A DNA stretch of 63,564 nucleotides, filler included, from Stramenopiles sp. TOSAG23-3 (Eukaryota): NCBI GenBank assembly GCA_900128585.1. It is 10 parts of 10 records of this genome, joined end to end, with 100 filler letters (N's around TTAATTAATTAA, not from the genome) between each part and the next. Parts side by side here need not be neighbours in the genome. Positions count along the whole stretch, not along the records: positions 27,830 to 34,672 come from LT643245.1; positions 34,773 to 41,606 come from LT643246.1; 8 more parts are not named here. The stretch is one strand, 5' to 3'. Position numbers and translations under genes: made by a program. Of this stretch, positions 29,114 through 38,465 are shown piece after piece (positions within the stretch are counted from its first letter, which is position 1; each line of letters begins with the position of its first letter). A model generated the notes under the pieces. That model ran no database searches. It had not been told where the DNA came from and worked only from the letters and a program-made list of their open reading frames with translations.

Positions 29114-29587
29114 TCAAGAATAGGAGTTAATTATTTTATTGTACGCCGATTTCGCACGTCGAGGTTTTAATGGGCTTCGTGTTATCTCTACTGGCACGCG
29201 ACATGTGCGGGAGGACGCGGGTTTATACAGACGCTTTTTTAGCACCTTTGTGAGCTTCATTTCTTCTACCCGAGCGTCGTCGCACCTGTCAATAACGGCC
29301 AATCGGGCACGTTCAATGGTTTGCCACAAACGGATCTCTGCGGGGGTGCGGGCATCTTCTATATGTCTCTGAGCTTCGTATGATGTTGCAATTTTCTGAG
29401 CCGTCGCAGTTTTCGTAAATGCGCTTGATCGTCTTGGCGCCTCGAATGTACCTTTCTCCAGTTTACCCAGCTCCTCTACCTTAAGTTTTTGCGGTTTCAA
29501 CGTGTAAGTGACATTGGAAAACCCCTTAGACGTTAAAAAAGGCGATTTTACAATGTGAAGATCGCGAGGGGATGCATACGCTGCCAT
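29114..29587 (-). CDS. Hypothetical basic protein, 157 aa
   Basis: ATG ORF with coding-like composition; no domain recognised. Confidence 0.6.
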   Translation of the reverse strand: MAAYASPRDLHIVKSPFLTSKGFSNVTYTLKPQKLKVEELGKLEKGTFEAPRRSSAFTKTATAQKIATSYEAQRHIEDARTPAEIRLWQTIERARLAVIDRCDDARVEEMKLTKVLKKRLYKPASSRTCRVPVEITRSPLKPRRAKSAYNKIINSYS

Positions 29588-30607
29588 CGTAAAAAGTTAG
29601 AGAGTGTTCTCCTCTCTGATGGCTCTGCGCAATTCTTTGGAAGTGCCGTTTCAATTTGCAGATTAATTGATGCGTGGATAGAATTGATTTCTGTACGAAG
29701 AATTTTGTTTTTAGATTTCTTCTTTCTTGTCTTCTATTACAACATATATATTAACATATGAATGTGAATGAATTGATACATAAAATACACAACAATTGTG
29801 TTGATAGTCAATTTTACTTGATTCTTGTTATATTTTAACATAACAACATACCAATATATGAATGAATATGAAAGATACATAAGCGAGCATGTAACCGCTT
29901 TTTCTCTTTTTTTTTTCAACTATTGGTACGCTAGACTATACGAATACTATTAATTCTTCTTTGGACAATACATACAATAATGAAGAAACCTGGGAATTCT
30001 TAATAACTAGACTTTACGGAATCATTCCTGTTTCCCACGCTATCCCAATACAATATTTAAATAGCCAACCATTTTTTATTATAAAAATTATTATTCATTT
30101 CATCATAGTCTAAAAGTATTACAATGGAAATAGTATAGCTTAAAATGATATACCACGTAAATAGAGGCAGGCAGGGAAGGCAGCAGAAGAACGAAGAAGA
30201 AGGGAGGAGCAAGCTGTGAACGAACCGAACCGCACATATTTGTGGACGGTTGGTGGTTAGAGGTTGGAGGTGGTTGCCTGCCTGCGTGCAAATGCAAAAC
30301 AATTTAAATTGTTTCACGCTGTGTACTTTTGTCAGAACTCAGCAAAATAGATATTTTTTATCAATTAGACGAATCCGCGCATCATTAATAGTTAATGAAG
30401 GAAAAGTAAAAGCATACTTGAAAGATATTGAAGGTAGTAAGTACAGCAATACGTAGCTGGAATAGGAATTTGAAGGTTGGGGAGAAGTATCCATACAACG
30501 AGCGACGTCAGGCAGGCCGCATGTTTTGAGTAAAGGAAGGGCGATAATAGACATTGTTCAAGGCGGGTTTCAAAGATTATTTTTGGCCGTGAAGAGAAGG
30601 CGGCTTT

Positions 30608-31912
30608 ATGAGTGCGTTGGATCGTGACGTCATCGCCACCCCGAGCAAGCGGGCAAAGCGCCCGCTGGTGCAACGAGTCTCCCTCAAGGATACGGTTGCG
30701 GCTGCGAGCCAAGCTGCGACGTTGAAGCGTGGGGCCGTTTCAATTTTTGACAAACGTGGCAAGAAGAGGCGAAAAAGGACTCGCAGGCCTGCAAAGAAGT
30801 CGCGAAGCGCTCGATCGCGGGACGCTGGAATTTCCCAATGCTTAAACAGGCCGACCATTCGCGGCTACGACTTTTTGCAAAGACACATTTTTGAGATCGG
30901 TTACTTCCAGTCGCACACGGGCGGGTCGGACGAGTTCAGCAGCCCGTTCCCCTGCCCCTGTGGCGAGAAGGCGGAGATTGTCCACGGGGGCTGTGGGAAA
31001 GTGTGCACTGTCTGCGGGACGGTGATCGATCCCAGGGTCATTTCCGAGTACTCCCACTTGACCGGGAGCGCCGAGGGGAACGATTCGAGCAACGGGGAGG
31101 AGAAGGCAAGCGCGATCCGGAACACGTCCGGGATTGCGAACCACAGCTTTTTGAGAAACGCCATGACGGGAAGCCAGGTGCACGAATTTTTTGATTCGGA
31201 GGGCAAGTTTACCGTGATAGAGCTCCCGGAAGCCGAGGCAGACAAGCGCAACAAAACGTTGGCCGCAAAGTTGAGAGAGCTTGTGGGAATAATGAAATTG
31301 ACCCAGCGGGTTTTTGACAGCGGGCTTGCCATCTTTCAGAACCTGGAGAAGAACGGCTACTTTCGGCAGGTGAAGGTCCCGTACAAGGATGAAGAGAAGG
31401 TGCTGCCCATGCTGATTGCCGTGCTGTACATATCCTGCAAAGTGGTGTACGCGTCCCGGTCGCTCCGAGAGCTTTGCAACGTGTCCGCGGACGTGCGACC
31501 GAGGGATGTGAACTGCTGGCTGAAGCTCATGAAGCAGATGTGTACCATTCAGGTGCCAGTGACCAAACCGGCGGAATTCGTCGGACGGTTCTGCCAAATG
31601 GTGAGAGTCCATGCCCACGAAGAGCGAATAGCTCGGGAAATCTTAATCAATGTTGCCAAGTTCGACGTCGATACAAACGGCAGGCACCCCAGAGAAGTCG
31701 CGCTGGCAGCCATTTACATGGCGACCTGTTCGCGAGACGATCCGCCGGCGATCGCAAAGGTTGCAGAATTGGTAGGCATCAGCGGAGGGGTGGCTGAACG
31801 GACTTACAGTCTGTTGAGGAGCAGGAAAGAGGACGTAGTCCCAGTATTCATGAAGAATCTGCTGGACCTGTCCGGGGGCTTGGCAACTTTGCCTGTGTTC
31901 AAACAGGTTTAA
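30608..31912 (+). CDS. TFIIB-family factor (divergent)
   Basis: Zn ribbon CPCG..VCTVCGTVIDPRVI. Cyclin folds IAVLYISCK..RSLREL; PAEFVGRFC; GRHPREVALAAIYMA. Confidence 0.85.
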   Translation: MSALDRDVIATPSKRAKRPLVQRVSLKDTVAAASQAATLKRGAVSIFDKRGKKRRKRTRRPAKKSRSARSRDAGISQCLNRPTIRGYDFLQRHIFEIGYFQSHTGGSDEFSSPFPCPCGEKAEIVHGGCGKVCTVCGTVIDPRVISEYSHLTGSAEGNDSSNGEEKASAIRNTSGIANHSFLRNAMTGSQVHEFFDSEGKFTVIELPEAEADKRNKTLAAKLRELVGIMKLTQRVFDSGLAIFQNLEKNGYFRQVKVPYKDEEKVLPMLIAVLYISCKVVYASRSLRELCNVSADVRPRDVNCWLKLMKQMCTIQVPVTKPAEFVGRFCQMVRVHAHEERIAREILINVAKFDVDTNGRHPREVALAAIYMATCSRDDPPAIAKVAELVGISGGVAERTYSLLRSRKEDVVPVFMKNLLDLSGGLATLPVFKQV

Positions 31913-33064
31913 ATTCTTTTTTCGAACGACGGGAAGGTAGCAGAGCGAGTCTTTACAAAAACCCTAAGAATCTATAAGTGTTTCTGGTCGTTTCGTCAAA
32001 GCATTATATTCAACAAGTTTTCAGTTTAAGGCCCTTTCTTAGTCGTCTATTAAAAATAGGACCTAAGTACTCATTTTATTTAAAACACAAAAGAAAATAT
32101 TAACGAAAATCACAATGCTATTCGTATGTACCGTACCGTACGAAGTATTAGTCTTTTCGATTATTTCTTCTTCTTTGCTCTGTGGTGAGCGATTGAGACC
32201 TCAATTTTTTTGTAGCTCTAATAAATAGTCGTCTATTTTATCTCAATTCTTTCCTCGCGCTGTTGTTTTTTCCTTTTTTTCATCATCATCCTCATCTCTT
32301 CGTCTCCGTAAAAACACGACCGTCGTTGTTTTTTTTTAAGTAAAATTCCATCATAGACAGCTGTTCTATAAAGTGTTCAGTATCCTTGGCGCGAAAAAAA
32401 ATCCGACTCGATTTTCAAAGTATGGAAGTGTTCTGACAGAAAATGACAAAATGAAGGAATGGGGACACCTATCTTCATAAGTTTAGATCAGGCGCTCGTT
32501 CTCACCTCGATGCCCAGTCCCCAACGAACGTTTATAAATTGTTTGCCCTTCATTGACTTGGAATTACGGTTCCAAGGGACAATTTTTTGTGAAATGGGCG
32601 ATTTCGACCAAACGCCTCACAAACGTTCACTTATTTTTTTGTAAGATCTGGGGAAACTAACTGTACAGGCATATTTTGGTATGTCTGAAAAGACTTTTGA
32701 CAGTTTAAATTTTAAAAAATTAACCTTTTTTCATAAAGATCTCATCGTTTGAAATAGTTAACACAAAGTCGTGTACCATTTTTCCACTCCGCGCCAAAGA
32801 AGCTCGACAATCAGAAATCGCCATCCCTCGTCTCCAATGCTGTGTATATGTAAGGCTTTATTTTCACATATACTGATCTTTTAAAAATAAAAATTATACT
32901 TTTTTTTATATTTTTTGCTGTTTTTTTTCCCTTTTTTATCGTACTCGTACTCTTACATCTAGAAACAATAAAAAATTCTCCTAAAACTGAAAAAAATTAA
33001 AAATAAACGCGTACACATGCTCTAAAAAGGCTACAGATTACAATTGCATTTTTGCTTCAAAAAG

Positions 33065-34672
33065 TTAGAGCAGCCTGGACACCACGTGCTGGCAATAGGT
33101 TAAGCCGCTGACCCAGCACTCGCAGATGTTTCTCGAAGGCATGACCAAGCTGATTTTTACAACACCGCTGTTCAGTGCGGTCGTGATCGAAACTTGCAGA
33201 ATACACGACGAGTCCAGGGATTCCGCGTCCTCACCCTCCAGAGTGTAACTTTCACCGTCCAAGACCTGGTCCGCGATGATTATATCAACTATATTCCTCA
33301 TCGGGATTATCCCTACGTTTTCTTTGGTGTCTATGGTCCATTGCAGCAACTGAAGGGACGGGCTGAGCCAGAACGTGCATGAGAGTGTGGCCCAGAGACC
33401 GGACGACACGTCTTTCGTGATCAGAAACACTTGCTCTCCGCGCAACAGCGGGTTGAGCAAGTATTGGAGGGACGAAATGGAGCTGGTCATCTGGGCTTCT
33501 GCGCTTCCCCCCAATATTGGGAGCTGCCGCCTAAGCGTAAACTCCAAAAGGGAGCCTCTGTCGTCCATCTGAACGGTCTTGTTGCACTGCGAAAGCTTCG
33601 ACTGGGGGTCGGGCAAGTCGCCCAGCATGCACTCGTATATTTCGGGACCATTTCGTACGGCTGGGTACGCAGAGCCTAGCAAGAAACTGTTTACCCTGGT
33701 CTGCGTTGGCCCTTTGGCCCCGCGCTTCGCTACCATGGCCTTTTTGTGCCCTGAGTTGCCTTTGGAAGACTCTGCGTCGTTTGCTGCCTTCTCTGCGGCT
33801 TCAGGCTTTGCGATCCGTTCGACTGACTCCACCTTTTCCTCAATGGCAGTGTTGTCAGGCTTGTTTTCACTATCGGCAGTTGTATTTACGTTGTAACGCT
33901 CCTCGTACGTCCGAATTCGGACTACGGGCACTGTCTCGTCGCTTTTCTCGGCCGATACCTCCCCCCCTGCGTCTGCTGTTCCCAACGGTGGTATCGGTGG
34001 AGGAACGGATTTTCGTTTCTGCGCTGTCCCTTTTGTACCACGACTCCTAACGACGGGAGGCTCCCCCACCGTCGATTTTCGCGCTTGACGAGCGTATATT
34101 GGCGTAGCATTTTCCCCTCCTCTAATTGCGCCTGAATTCCCCCAATCGTCTATGTCCACGTTATGAGTCGTGGGCGGCGGTGGCGGCGGCGCAAGACGTT
34201 CCGCCCCTCGGTTGACAGTACTTGTTCTCCCTGACGATGGCTCTTCTGCAATCGGGCGTAGCCCTTTGCTCAGGGCCAAGAAGTTTGTAGGTGGCTGCGC
34301 GGACGATCTCCTCCGTGTATCGTATGGCTTTAACGACGCGGTGCTGTTCGATCGCTTCGTACGTGGCGACTTAGTACTATTCACTCCCCCCGCCAAAGCC
34401 TGCATGTGATGGGGGATGTGCATGGGGAAAAGGGCCTCCTCGGCGCCCTCCTGACCATCTTCAGGGTTGCTTTCCTCGGGACTCTTTCTAGAGCCTTCAA
34501 CGTCCGCCCTCGGTGGGTGTTCGCTGGGGTGTGGACTAGGGGGGTAGGGCGTTCCCATTTCTGTTTCTGCCCTGGCTGGCCGCGAGACCCCGGGCTCTTG
34601 TAGACTATCCACCTTTCTTGGGCTGCTGGAAATTCCCAATCTATCCGAAATAGCACGCCCCCCCCCCCCCCC
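33065..34672 (-). CDS. Pro-rich disordered protein with C-terminal PH-like domain, 5' truncated
   Basis: LLRGEQV..FWLSPSLQLLQW..IPMRNIVDI..ISLVMPSRNICECWVSGL. Frame is open to the poly-C contig end. Confidence 0.7.
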   Translation of the reverse strand, partial: GGGGGRAISDRLGISSSPRKVDSLQEPGVSRPARAETEMGTPYPPSPHPSEHPPRADVEGSRKSPEESNPEDGQEGAEEALFPMHIPHHMQALAGGVNSTKSPRTKRSNSTASLKPYDTRRRSSAQPPTNFLALSKGLRPIAEEPSSGRTSTVNRGAERLAPPPPPPTTHNVDIDDWGNSGAIRGGENATPIYARQARKSTVGEPPVVRSRGTKGTAQKRKSVPPPIPPLGTADAGGEVSAEKSDETVPVVRIRTYEERYNVNTTADSENKPDNTAIEEKVESVERIAKPEAAEKAANDAESSKGNSGHKKAMVAKRGAKGPTQTRVNSFLLGSAYPAVRNGPEIYECMLGDLPDPQSKLSQCNKTVQMDDRGSLLEFTLRRQLPILGGSAEAQMTSSISSLQYLLNPLLRGEQVFLITKDVSSGLWATLSCTFWLSPSLQLLQWTIDTKENVGIIPMRNIVDIIIADQVLDGESYTLEGEDAESLDSSCILQVSITTALNSGVVKISLVMPSRNICECWVSGLTYCQHVVSRLL

Positions 34673-35033
34673 NNNNNNNNNNNNNNNNNNNNNNNNNNNN
34701 NNNNNNNNNNNNNNNNTTAATTAATTAANNNNNNNNNNNNNNNNNNNNNNNNNNNNNNNNNNNNNNNNNNNNTTGTTGTGTTGAGTTGTGAAGGAGAGGA
34801 GGAAGGGATTTCAAATTGATAATATGTAAGCTTTATATAGTTACTATATATAATAACAATATTACTTATATAAAGAGACAATGCGTCGTGAGTGAATCGG
34901 AAAAGGACTTGAAAGATATTTACTAGGAGCACGTTAGGGTAGAAATATATTAAACGCGGCGATATATATATACACATATATACATACAGAGTCGTCGTGC
35001 GGAGAAAGACCGATACTGTGATATTTGTTGACA

Positions 35034-36662
35034 ATGGGGGACGCAAGCACTATTACGCTGACGGCACCGTTGTGGCCACTTGTAATTCAGGCCGAGGACC
35101 GTAACAGTTCTTGCCCCTTGTATTATTACGAAGAACAATGCAAGGAGCAGAATGACGAAGGGGGGAACTCAAAGGCAGAGTTTCGCTTAAAACCAGAAGT
35201 TGCGATTGATTTTTGCGAGAAAGTAGACTTTGTTCGCCCAGGAAGTGACGAACCAGTTCAGGAAAACCTACAGCGAGACTTGGTCCGGGAACGGGTCAAC
35301 GAACACTTTTGGAAAAATCCGGTATCCAAGTTTTTAAAGTTGGAGGAATGGCTTGTTCTCCCGGCGCAGCTCAAGCCACACGCTGAACAAATTTGCAAAT
35401 ATTTGCCGCTGGATTTCTTCAACAACAGCGCGAGGGTCCCCCGCGCGATTGCAATACGGCCGGACAATACCATTGTTCGCACCATAGCGTGGCACCCGTA
35501 TCGGAACCGCTTGGCAGTCGTTCGGGCCGACAACGCTATCTTTATATACGATGTTCGGTCTGCAAGGTGGTTGGAGACCTGCCTGTCTCATGAGTTTCAA
35601 AGCGGGGTAACTTGCATAGAATGGCAGCCAATGGCGGGTTGCCGCTTGGCCGTTGGATGCGAATCGGGCATTTGCCTGTGGCAAATTTTTGACGATGAAA
35701 CCCGGCCCGGGCGCGCCTGGATGCGATTTTTGTCCTACAGAGGGCATACAAACATCTCTTCGCTCTCGTGGTGCCCCAGAGGCGATCTGCTCGCATCTGC
35801 AAGCCCGGCATCATCCAGTGTATTGGTGTGGGAAGTCCTTACAGGAAATGGCAGGCCCCTAGAAGCGTGCCGTGGCCACGGTGTCAACATTGTGAAGTGG
35901 AGCCATAATTCATATTACCTGTTTGTCGGGACGTTTTCGTCAACCATGTACGTGTGGGAGACCAAAACGTGGACATGCGAGTCTTGGGAGTTGCCGGAGA
36001 GCAGCTACCGTAGTGGCGTGGAAAATCAAGGCGATTGCTCTGGCACAGTTGCATCTGGGATGTGCCAGGGGGCAGCATGGAGCCCTGACGGCAGGCTTCT
36101 TGCAGTAGCAGAAACTGGCAGCAGTGTCGTTTGGACATTGGCGCTGCACCACGTGCCTCCCAGAATTGATGGACATTTCGAAAAAAAATCCAAGCAATTG
36201 AACGTGAAGGACCACCCATACTGCTTACCAGGAGAGGATATAGTAGTGCGCGAGCTAGCGTGGTCCTACGATGCTCGGGGCGAGCGTCTCGCAGTGACCG
36301 TCGCCGCACGGTCCCACCAAACCAGGAATCAGGCAGGGACGTCTAGCGAAACTTCGGCCCCGTCCAGCGACAGCACAAACGAGAATGAGGATGAAAGTAG
36401 TGATAGTATAATTCTGCTGTACAATGTTGTGCAGCGCCCCCATTTCTCCTTCGGACCGTGCGGCTATTTATCCCGCTATGGGGACGACCAAGCCGGTGGA
36501 TCGAGTGACGATGAAGTTTCTGGGGAAGGATACGAAAGGCCGTATAATATTTGCTTTTGGCCGGCTTGCAGAAGTGGCGCAACGCTCGCGAGCGTTTGGT
36601 TAGATGGCGCAATTAAAATTTCTCAGTTAGTTTACAAGACAACAGTCCACGACGAGTATTAA
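35034..36662 (+). CDS. AAAS: Aladin nucleoporin (WD40)
   Basis: IAWHPYRNRLAV; LSHEFQSGVTCIEWQPMAGCRLAVGCESGICLW; GHTNISSLSWCPRGDLLASAS; WETKTWTCESW; GERLAV. Confidence 0.9.
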   Translation: MGDASTITLTAPLWPLVIQAEDRNSSCPLYYYEEQCKEQNDEGGNSKAEFRLKPEVAIDFCEKVDFVRPGSDEPVQENLQRDLVRERVNEHFWKNPVSKFLKLEEWLVLPAQLKPHAEQICKYLPLDFFNNSARVPRAIAIRPDNTIVRTIAWHPYRNRLAVVRADNAIFIYDVRSARWLETCLSHEFQSGVTCIEWQPMAGCRLAVGCESGICLWQIFDDETRPGRAWMRFLSYRGHTNISSLSWCPRGDLLASASPASSSVLVWEVLTGNGRPLEACRGHGVNIVKWSHNSYYLFVGTFSSTMYVWETKTWTCESWELPESSYRSGVENQGDCSGTVASGMCQGAAWSPDGRLLAVAETGSSVVWTLALHHVPPRIDGHFEKKSKQLNVKDHPYCLPGEDIVVRELAWSYDARGERLAVTVAARSHQTRNQAGTSSETSAPSSDSTNENEDESSDSIILLYNVVQRPHFSFGPCGYLSRYGDDQAGGSSDDEVSGEGYERPYNICFWPACRSGATLASVWLDGAIKISQLVYKTTVHDEY

Positions 36663-36855
36663 AAAGAGAGAAAATCCCCCCGGTGTACGTAGAAAGGGTA
36701 GGGGGTAATTAAATTATTGTTAAAATTAAAGAGGCGGTAGTTTTGTAATTTAAAAATTAAAAATTGTGTATATCTTGGTGTACATTAAATTTTTTCTCGA
36801 GGTTTTTCTCTAACTTTTTTAAAACTCTCTAAGAATTAATACATTGACGCGCGCT

Positions 36856-37902
36856 TTACGTCTTCTTTTGCAAGCTTTTCACAATAGCGGTCGTTCGTCC
36901 CGCAATAGTTTCAAAGGCAATCCTCTCATTTTTTGCTGGAGGGTACTTCAGCCCTGTTTTCACTTTGGACCACCTAAAATGGAACAACCAGTTTTTTGGG
37001 AATTTTGCTGAATCTCCGTTGGCATCGCACGCAATTTTTACGACTGTTTTGATAGCTTTGTGCAATGCTTTGAATTGTTTGTCTATCAGAGAGTTTACGG
37101 CTTTACCGGGGTGAATTCTAGCCATTAAGCAAACATCATCCGCAATCCAATTGCCAATCCCAGCACAAAACGATTGGTCCAAAAGATTTTTTTTCACGTT
37201 TCCGCTACGTTCTTGGAGAAGCTTTTTGAACAATTTGGGAGTTGGCATTTCGTACAAAGGGTCAAACCCTAGACCATTGATGGGATGTTCGTCCAATACC
37301 GTTGGAAACAATTTCACCTTTCCGAACCTCCTGGGGCAAATAAACACGAATTCAGTCCCATCATTTAACTCAAAGTACAGTTTCGAGTATTTCGGCGGAA
37401 ATTCAGCGACCACGGAAAGTTCAGCATTTGCCCTTTTGCGACTTTTTTCTGCGTCTTCGTAAATGGAGTCAACTTTTAAATATTTTGAGCCTTTTTGTCT
37501 TGCATATCCACGCTCTTGCACACCATTCACTACAAAATTACCTGACATCCCAAAGTGGAACAGAACGTCAAATGTATCTCCGTTCTCCGAAGTTTTCGCC
37601 TTCGCTCCGCCGCCACGACGCTTTCTTTTGCCTCCAGATTTTGGCTCCGTTTTAATTTGTGAGAGTGTTAGCCACACGTGCTTTCCCTTTCGATTTACGG
37701 ATTGAATTGTTGCCCCCTTGAGCCTTTTTTCGACCTTTGTATGTGTCATGCCAGTCTTAGTTGCAGCGAATACGTTGTCATCAAATTTTCCATGACGAGG
37801 ACCCCCACCCGTCTCAATTGCGCTAATCGTTATAATCGTCTTTCCAACTAAATATTTTTCACAGAGGCGCTTCCCGCGCTCCAGGGACGGTAGTTCAGGC
37901 AT
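36856..37902 (-). CDS. FPG: Formamidopyrimidine-DNA glycosylase, plant/fungal zincless-finger type
   Basis: MPELP start; RKGKH; HFGMSG; RRFGKV; H2TH LLDQSFCAGIGNWIADD; WLFHFRW; GRTTAIV..LQK. Confidence 0.92.
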   Translation of the reverse strand: MPELPSLERGKRLCEKYLVGKTIITISAIETGGGPRHGKFDDNVFAATKTGMTHTKVEKRLKGATIQSVNRKGKHVWLTLSQIKTEPKSGGKRKRRGGGAKAKTSENGDTFDVLFHFGMSGNFVVNGVQERGYARQKGSKYLKVDSIYEDAEKSRKRANAELSVVAEFPPKYSKLYFELNDGTEFVFICPRRFGKVKLFPTVLDEHPINGLGFDPLYEMPTPKLFKKLLQERSGNVKKNLLDQSFCAGIGNWIADDVCLMARIHPGKAVNSLIDKQFKALHKAIKTVVKIACDANGDSAKFPKNWLFHFRWSKVKTGLKYPPAKNERIAFETIAGRTTAIVKSLQKKT

Positions 37903-38465
37903 AATATTAGAAACAAACAAAAACTGCGTCACAAAATCAAGATCTGCACCATTGCAATGCTCACGTCAAAAATCACAAAAAAAAGTGCTTGACTATACGC
38001 ATTTGTAACAACACGATGACGACTTAAATTACAAGTATTGTTTTTATAATAATTAATACTACTAATTCTTCGTCGTCGTCGTTTTCTTATTATTTTTTTT
38101 TTCAGCGGCGGTGGTGGTGGTGGTTTCTTCTATTAATACCGGTAGTACCTGTACCGGTACTTGATGTTCTTCTGCTGTTGTTCGAAGAACACATGTCATT
38201 TGTCTTCTTCCATTTTTTTGTTACTTTTTTTGTCGCCTTCTTCTTTCTTCTTCAATCAAAGAAGTTGGTATTTATTATATTTTAATATTAAAAAATATTA
38301 GTTTTTTTCTAAAAAATACTAAATATAAATAAGACTATAAATTTTTTTTAATAAAAATGTTTTCTATTCCTTCGTCGAATGATGCACTCATGGTGCTGTA
38401 TCCTCGGAGGAATTATTCGTACTACCAACGTAATTAGTTCAGGCGCGCGGCGCGCACCGCAGAAA

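Noticed and set aside
30842-31618. Long antisense ORFs (258 aa here; also 57284-57931, 58652-59651, 7395-8012)
   Set aside because: Shadows of GC-richer real genes; no recognisable motifs.
34658-34672. Poly-C run at contig end as a telomere
   Set aside because: Simple homopolymer within an open reading frame where the assembly broke; no telomeric repeat unit.
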